Source of the DNA: Candidatus Bathyarchaeia archaeon | Lineage (GTDB): Archaea; Thermoproteota; Bathyarchaeia; Bathyarchaeales; DTEX01 | NCBI GenBank assembly: GCA_038817885.1 | Contig: JAWAZE010000005.1 | Span: 1,097 to 65,096, forward strand | Direction of reading: 5' to 3' | DNA: 64,000 nucleotides | Shown here: in pieces, positions 59,406-64,000 of the stretch | Layout of the letters: each line of letters opens with the position of its first letter | How positions within the stretch are numbered: position 1 is the stretch's first letter | The notes under the pieces: model-generated | The model's database searches: none | The model's input: the letters and a program-made list of their open reading frames with translations, nothing else | What the model was told of the DNA's origin: nothing | Program-made: the position numbers and the translations under genes

Positions 59406-59429
59406 GAAACATGATGAGAGGAGGGCGAT

Positions 59430-59726
59430 TTGAAGGTGAAAATTAGAGAGCTGAAGGATGGAATGCGCAGAGTTAATATAGTGGCGAAGGTTTTAGAAAT
59501 CTCTGAGCCACGTGAGGTTGTTTCAAGGTTTGACGGTCGTATCTATAGGGTTGCTGACGCGGTTATAAGTGATGATACTGGAACCATAAAACTTTCTCTT
59601 TGGAACGAGCAGATTGAACGCGTAAACGTTAATGATACGATAAAGATTGAGAATGGGTATGTAAGGTCCTTTAAGGGGGAAAAGCAGCTTAACGTTGGCA
59701 AGTTCGGGAAATTAACCGTCCTGTAA
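59430..59726 (+). CDS. Single OB-fold nucleic-acid-binding protein (SSB/RPA-like)
   Basis: 98 aa; the VNIVAKVLEIS...ISDDTGTIKLSLWNEQ...IKIENGYV pattern. TTG start preceded by gaggaggg. Confidence 0.7.
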   Translation: MKVKIRELKDGMRRVNIVAKVLEISEPREVVSRFDGRIYRVADAVISDDTGTIKLSLWNEQIERVNVNDTIKIENGYVRSFKGEKQLNVGKFGKLTVL

Positions 59727-59758
59727 GGCGCGGAAAACAAACGTGTGGAGGTGAAAAA

Positions 59759-60019
59759 ATGCAAAGTGAGAAGAGGGATGAAAGGGGTGGGGAAAGGAGA
59801 TTTAAGAAAGGATATGGAAAACGTTTTCCACCAAAGCCAGTGGAGCTCGGAAAGGAATATGACGTTGAGATTCGGGAAGTCAGTAAAAGAGGGGATGGCG
59901 TAGCCAGAATACAGGGTCTCGTAACATTTATACCTAATGCGAAGCCAGGAGATCGCGTGAGGATTAAGATAACTAGGATAAGTAGAAGATTTGCTGAGGC
60001 CGAAATTGTGGGTAGCTGA
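59759..60019 (+). CDS. TRAM-domain protein
   Basis: Basic N-terminus, then PVELGKEYDVEIREVSKRGDGVARIQGLVTFIPNAKPGDRVRIKITRI. Confidence 0.8.
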   Translation: MQSEKRDERGGERRFKKGYGKRFPPKPVELGKEYDVEIREVSKRGDGVARIQGLVTFIPNAKPGDRVRIKITRISRRFAEAEIVGS

Positions 60020-60085
60020 AGTCGTACATGGTTAACTGAACAGTTTAAGAACCTTCATTATCAATAATAACTTTATTTTCATTAT

Positions 60086-60760
60086 TTATTGAATTATCGT
60101 TCCAACCCTCATCCCGCTAACCGCCAAAAGGACATTTTCCGGATTAAAACCATTAACCACAACAGTTTTAATGCGTTTCTCTCTTAATATGCGAATAGCC
60201 TCCGGGTCTATTATCTGATGTATTCCCGCCCTATGTCTATTCTCAGACAGTATTTTTTCTAGATCATCAAATTTAATTTCATCCAGCTTTTCCGCATCCG
60301 GATATTTTTTCGGGTCCTTTGTAAAGATCCCCTCTTGATCCGTTGCCTTAATAATTAGATCGGCCCCGGCCTCTGAGGCGACTAATGCCGCCACGGCGTC
60401 TGTCGTCATTCCGGGTCTAATGCCACCCATAATGACAATCCCCCTCTCGCTGAGAATTCTTATAGCATCCTTAATAGTTGCTGGAACCTCCCTCCACTGG
60501 TATCCGCCAACCTTCATTGAGAGGGCTTGGGCAAAAAGCCTTGAAACTGATATAGCTAGCTCATCCTGCTCTTGCTCAGATAACCCTAGGGAGCGTGCCA
60601 GCTCAATAAATTCTCTGGCCATCTTACCCCCACCAACCACAACAGCGATCTCGTGTCCCCTAATCCTTAGATCCCTGATTAAATTTGCATATTTATGCAT
60701 TAAGTTCGGGTTCGGGGGAGAAGCTAAAACTGAGCCTCCAACCCTTATAACGAGCCTCAT
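60086..60760 (-). CDS. pyrH: Uridylate kinase (archaeal PyrH)
   Basis: VIRVGGSVL and VVVGGG motifs with an amino-acid-kinase fold pattern. The start is taken at the internal ATG. Confidence 0.9.
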   Translation of the reverse strand: MRLVIRVGGSVLASPPNPNLMHKYANLIRDLRIRGHEIAVVVGGGKMAREFIELARSLGLSEQEQDELAISVSRLFAQALSMKVGGYQWREVPATIKDAIRILSERGIVIMGGIRPGMTTDAVAALVASEAGADLIIKATDQEGIFTKDPKKYPDAEKLDEIKFDDLEKILSENRHRAGIHQIIDPEAIRILREKRIKTVVVNGFNPENVLLAVSGMRVGTIIQ

Positions 60761-60880
60761 CCAGCACACCATGCCTGATAATTTCCTCTCTAATTTTTCT
60801 CAGAGTCTCTAAAAAGCGTTAACCTTTATTTTTCTCCTAAAATCTAAGGTATATTGTCTTACCATGGGCTTGTGAAAAAG

Positions 60881-61717
60881 ATGCTGGAATTAATTTTTCT
60901 TGGAACTGGCGGTGGGCGCTTCGCAACAATAACCCAGAAGAGAAAGACTGGAGGCATAAGAATAATTTCTGGGCAGAATAAGGTTAATTTTCATATCGAT
61001 CCAGGCCCCGGCGCCCTTATATACTCGCTTGAGATGGGCTTAGATCCGCGGAAGATTAGGGCGATCTTTGTCTCACACTCGCACCTAGATCACTCAAATG
61101 ATGCCGAGCCGTTGATAGAGGCTATGAGTGAAGGAACGACGAAGAAACGCGGTTTTCTCGTGGCTTCTAAGAGCGTTTTAAGAGGGAATGAGGTCTGCGA
61201 GAATGCAGTTTCGAGGTATCATCAGGCTATGCCGGAGAAGGTTATTGAAGCGACAGTTAACTCTTCATTTGAAGTTGATGGGATAAATGTTTCTATCTGT
61301 AAGGCTGTCCACTCAGATCCAGATACAGTTGGCTTCCGCTTCGAGGTCAAAGACTTTGGGAACTTTGCATATATGCCCGATTCAGAGCACTTCGGCGATA
61401 TATCAAAGTTCTATAGTGGGCTGAGACTACTAATACTCTCCGTTTTAAGGCCATCTGGCCAGCCCTGGGAGGGCCATATGACTACTGATGATGCCATAAA
61501 AATAATTGAGGAGACAAACCCAGAGATGGCTATAATAACTCATTTTGGCATGCAAATGCTTCTTAAGGGGCCGGAGAGGGAGGCCGAGTTAATAGAGAGG
61601 AGAACCGGTGTATCTACTAGAGCAGCCTTTGATGGGATGCGCATCCTTCTGGGTAAAGAAATAATTATAAGTGGAAAGGCTGGTAGAGGTAGAAACTTAA
61701 CTAGCTTCTTCGGCTAG
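60881..61717 (+). CDS. MBL-fold metallo-hydrolase
   Basis: LGTGGG, the HSHLDH metal motif and a later THFG. Confidence 0.75.
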   Translation: MLELIFLGTGGGRFATITQKRKTGGIRIISGQNKVNFHIDPGPGALIYSLEMGLDPRKIRAIFVSHSHLDHSNDAEPLIEAMSEGTTKKRGFLVASKSVLRGNEVCENAVSRYHQAMPEKVIEATVNSSFEVDGINVSICKAVHSDPDTVGFRFEVKDFGNFAYMPDSEHFGDISKFYSGLRLLILSVLRPSGQPWEGHMTTDDAIKIIEETNPEMAIITHFGMQMLLKGPEREAELIERRTGVSTRAAFDGMRILLGKEIIISGKAGRGRNLTSFFG

Positions 61718-64000
61718 TATGAAGACACCCTCAGAGATCTTCTCGGCACCCTCCTTCTTGGGCTCGCCGAAGACAAGCACTTTAATTTTATGCATTGTCC
61801 TTAAATCGTCTTCGAAGGACTCTAAATCTTTAGGCGCATAAACGACAGCATTAAGCTCCTGGCTTAGCGCAATTTTATGTCTCTTTTTGTACTGCCATAT
61901 GGCGTTATTAAACTCCATGAATTTTGGCAATAGGTTGACTATTGGGTCTCTCCATTCCTCCTTCTCCTCTGGGAAGCGCTGGATATGTATACTTTCTTTA
62001 GAGTAAAGTTCAAGCCATATGGATTCCGTTATGAATGGACATATTGGTGCCAGTAGCTTAAGTATTGTCTCTAAGCACCTATGTAATGTATACCATGCGC
62101 CGCGCTGGAGCTTCCTGTCAAATAATCCATCCTTATTGTACGCCCTTGACTTCACAGCCTCAACATAGTGATCTGCAAAAATATTCCACGTGAAGAGCCT
62201 TATTGCCGTAGCTGCATGGTTGGCGTTAAATTCCTCATAGCCTCTGCGGCTCTCTGCTATGGTCTCATTCAGCTTAGCGAGCATCATCCTATCCAGCGGA
62301 GCCAACTCAAAATAATCGTTTACCTGCGGGAATGAAGATATGAATCGAGCTATGTTCCATAGCTTTGTTAGGAACTTTGAGGTTCCGCGTATCCTCTCAA
62401 ATGAGCATCTAATATCGCCCTTAGTTATGTTCCCCTCTAAGGCAGACCATATTCTGAAGGCCTCGCTGCCGAACATTCTTATAACATCTTGTGGATCGAT
62501 AACGTTTCCAGCGCTCTTACTCATCTTCCTACCATGTTCATCGACGACATGCATGTGTATCCAAACGTTCCTGAAGGGCTCTTCGCCAAAAAGCAGATAT
62601 GACTTTAAGATCGTAAAGTATAGCCAGTTTCTAACTATCTCTTTGCCCTGAGGTCTGAGGGAGCATGGAAAGCTCTTCTTAAAGAACTCTTTGTTCCATA
62701 GGTAACCAAGTATATAAACCTCCGATGTGGCTGAGTCAAACCATGTGTCAAAAGTCCTCTCTTCACCCCTAAACTCCATTCCACCACATTTGGGGCACCT
62801 CTCTATTGGCGACCTCTCCCTCCAAGGTTGATAGTATTTTCCTGGCTCTGGCACATAAATATAACCGCACGCCTTACAGTACCATAATGGTATCTCCGTT
62901 CCATAGTATCTTCGCCTTGATATCACCCAGTCGATATCAATCGAATTAATCCAGTCTATGAGTATCTGCTTACTCTCGGGGGAGAAGAACCGCATTTTAT
63001 CAGCCAAATTAAGTATCCCCTTTTTAAACTCAACCTGCTTCAGATAAAACTCTCTCATTGGAATGAACTCTATAGGGTTCTTTGACCTCCAGCAGACTGG
63101 CCTGCGCTGGACCACCCTCTCCTGCTTGACGAGGAGACCATGGGCATTAAGATCCTCTATTATGCGCATCCTGGCTTCCTCAACCTTTAAGCCAGCGTAT
63201 TTCTCAGCGTTATTGTTCATTTCGCCCCTCTCGTTTATGGCGAAAATGGGTTTTATGCCGAGTTCTCTTAATATTCTGACGTCGCTGTGGTCTCCGAAAC
63301 TGCATATCATGACTAGACCCGTCCCGAACTCCGGCTTAGCGTATGGATGCGGTATTATTGGGACTACATGCCCAAATATTGGGACAATGGCATGTTTTCC
63401 ATCTAGATGTCGGTAGCGCCCGTCGTTTGGGTTATAGAGGACTATTCGGCATGCGCATAAAAGCTCCGGTCTAGTTGTGGCTATAATTATTTCTTCGCCG
63501 CTTTCCTGAACCCTAAACTTTATGTAATTTAGCAGTTTTTCCTCCTCTTCATACTCAACTTCTGCATCAGATATCGTTGTGCGGCATACCGGGCAATAGT
63601 TCGTCACCTTCTCATCCTCATAGATTAGACCCCTCTTCCAGAGCTCTATGAAGGTCTCTTGCGTTAAGCGTCTATACTCCTGGTCATCTGTCTCGTATCT
63701 CCCCCCAATCTTATACTCAAGGTGCCACGAGTTGCAGCTTAAGCCGAGCCGCTTGAATATCTCTAAAGATATGTCCCCACTCTCCTTAAGCAGCTGCTTA
63801 CATTTCTCTATAAATTTTTCCCTCGGAGTTTCATGCATCGTTATACCGAAAGTTTTCTCAGCCTGAACCTCTATTGGCAACCCATTCTTATCTAAGCCGA
63901 TCGGAAAGAGCACGTTGTATCCGGTCATACGTTTATATCGTGCAAATATATCCATCCAAACATAGGTATAAGCCTGCCCTATGTGGATCGGCGTGTTAAC
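61697..64000 (-). CDS. valS: Valyl-tRNA synthetase; N-terminus lies outside the window
   Basis: The frame is open to base 64000. Motifs: RYKRMTGYNVLFPIGLDKNGLP, editing-domain TTRPEL...GTGLVMICSFGDHSD, and KMSKSAGN. Confidence 0.9.
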   Translation of the reverse strand, partial: VNTPIHIGQAYTYVWMDIFARYKRMTGYNVLFPIGLDKNGLPIEVQAEKTFGITMHETPREKFIEKCKQLLKESGDISLEIFKRLGLSCNSWHLEYKIGGRYETDDQEYRRLTQETFIELWKRGLIYEDEKVTNYCPVCRTTISDAEVEYEEEEKLLNYIKFRVQESGEEIIIATTRPELLCACRIVLYNPNDGRYRHLDGKHAIVPIFGHVVPIIPHPYAKPEFGTGLVMICSFGDHSDVRILRELGIKPIFAINERGEMNNNAEKYAGLKVEEARMRIIEDLNAHGLLVKQERVVQRRPVCWRSKNPIEFIPMREFYLKQVEFKKGILNLADKMRFFSPESKQILIDWINSIDIDWVISRRRYYGTEIPLWYCKACGYIYVPEPGKYYQPWRERSPIERCPKCGGMEFRGEERTFDTWFDSATSEVYILGYLWNKEFFKKSFPCSLRPQGKEIVRNWLYFTILKSYLLFGEEPFRNVWIHMHVVDEHGRKMSKSAGNVIDPQDVIRMFGSEAFRIWSALEGNITKGDIRCSFERIRGTSKFLTKLWNIARFISSFPQVNDYFELAPLDRMMLAKLNETIAESRRGYEEFNANHAATAIRLFTWNIFADHYVEAVKSRAYNKDGLFDRKLQRGAWYTLHRCLETILKLLAPICPFITESIWLELYSKESIHIQRFPEEKEEWRDPIVNLLPKFMEFNNAIWQYKKRHKIALSQELNAVVYAPKDLESFEDDLRTMHKIKVLVFGEPKKEGAEKISEGVFILAEEAS

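Noticed and set aside
59256-59414. 52-codon ATG ORF inside the structured intergenic region.
   Set aside because: The peptide is Ser-rich and low-complexity, with no RBS-like sequence upstream. The region is better explained by the RNA helices.
59411-59454. C/D-box-like words: ATGATGA at 59411 and CTGA at 59451.
   Set aside because: There are no convincing C'/D' boxes between them and no terminal stem. The segment overlaps the Shine-Dalgarno-like gaggaggg and the TTG start of the OB-fold gene.
61697-61717. 21-nt convergent overlap of the valS and MBL-hydrolase 3' ends.
   Set aside because: Short convergent overlaps are common in compact archaeal genomes, and there is no extra structure here.

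Overview
This is a gene-dense archaeal chromosomal window with about 60 CDS, one tRNA, and no transposase, integrase or CRISPR array. All product calls come from reading motifs in the supplied translations; no database search was possible. The window holds a replication core. A 750-bp AT-rich origin (40984-41733) carries three ORB-like elements next to orc1/cdc6. Both PolD subunits are present but are neither adjacent nor co-oriented: DP1 at 42991-44520 and DP2 at 34290-37721. Housekeeping genes include four aminoacyl-tRNA synthetases (alaS, leuS, trpS, partial valS), ribosomal protein P1, rnhB, pyrI, pyrH, purE, moaA, prs, pgk, a bacterial-type gap, GGGP synthase, an Elf1 homolog, cofD, thyA-like, hsp20 and tRNA-Arg(CCU). 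PolD, Elf1, Ftr and CofD together suggest a TACK/Bathyarchaeia-like or related lineage; this is inference only. The best candidates for undescribed biology are: (1) a thiolase-fold protein in which all canonical catalytic residues appear replaced, translationally coupled to a DUF35-HMG-CoA-synthase fusion (56396-59106); (2) a co-directional cluster of a divergent PurD-like ATP-grasp, a HAD-like protein, an Ftr-like formyltransferase and a PfkB kinase (51763-56290); (3) a roughly 230-nt strongly structured promoter-proximal RNA element upstream of an OB-fold/TRAM gene pair (59136-59429); (4) an iteron-like GTGAT array plus three small HTH/wHTH proteins beside the origin (39237-40983); (5) a KaiC-like ATPase with an unrecognisable partner, and a compact Zn-less AEP primase-like protein (48393-51691).
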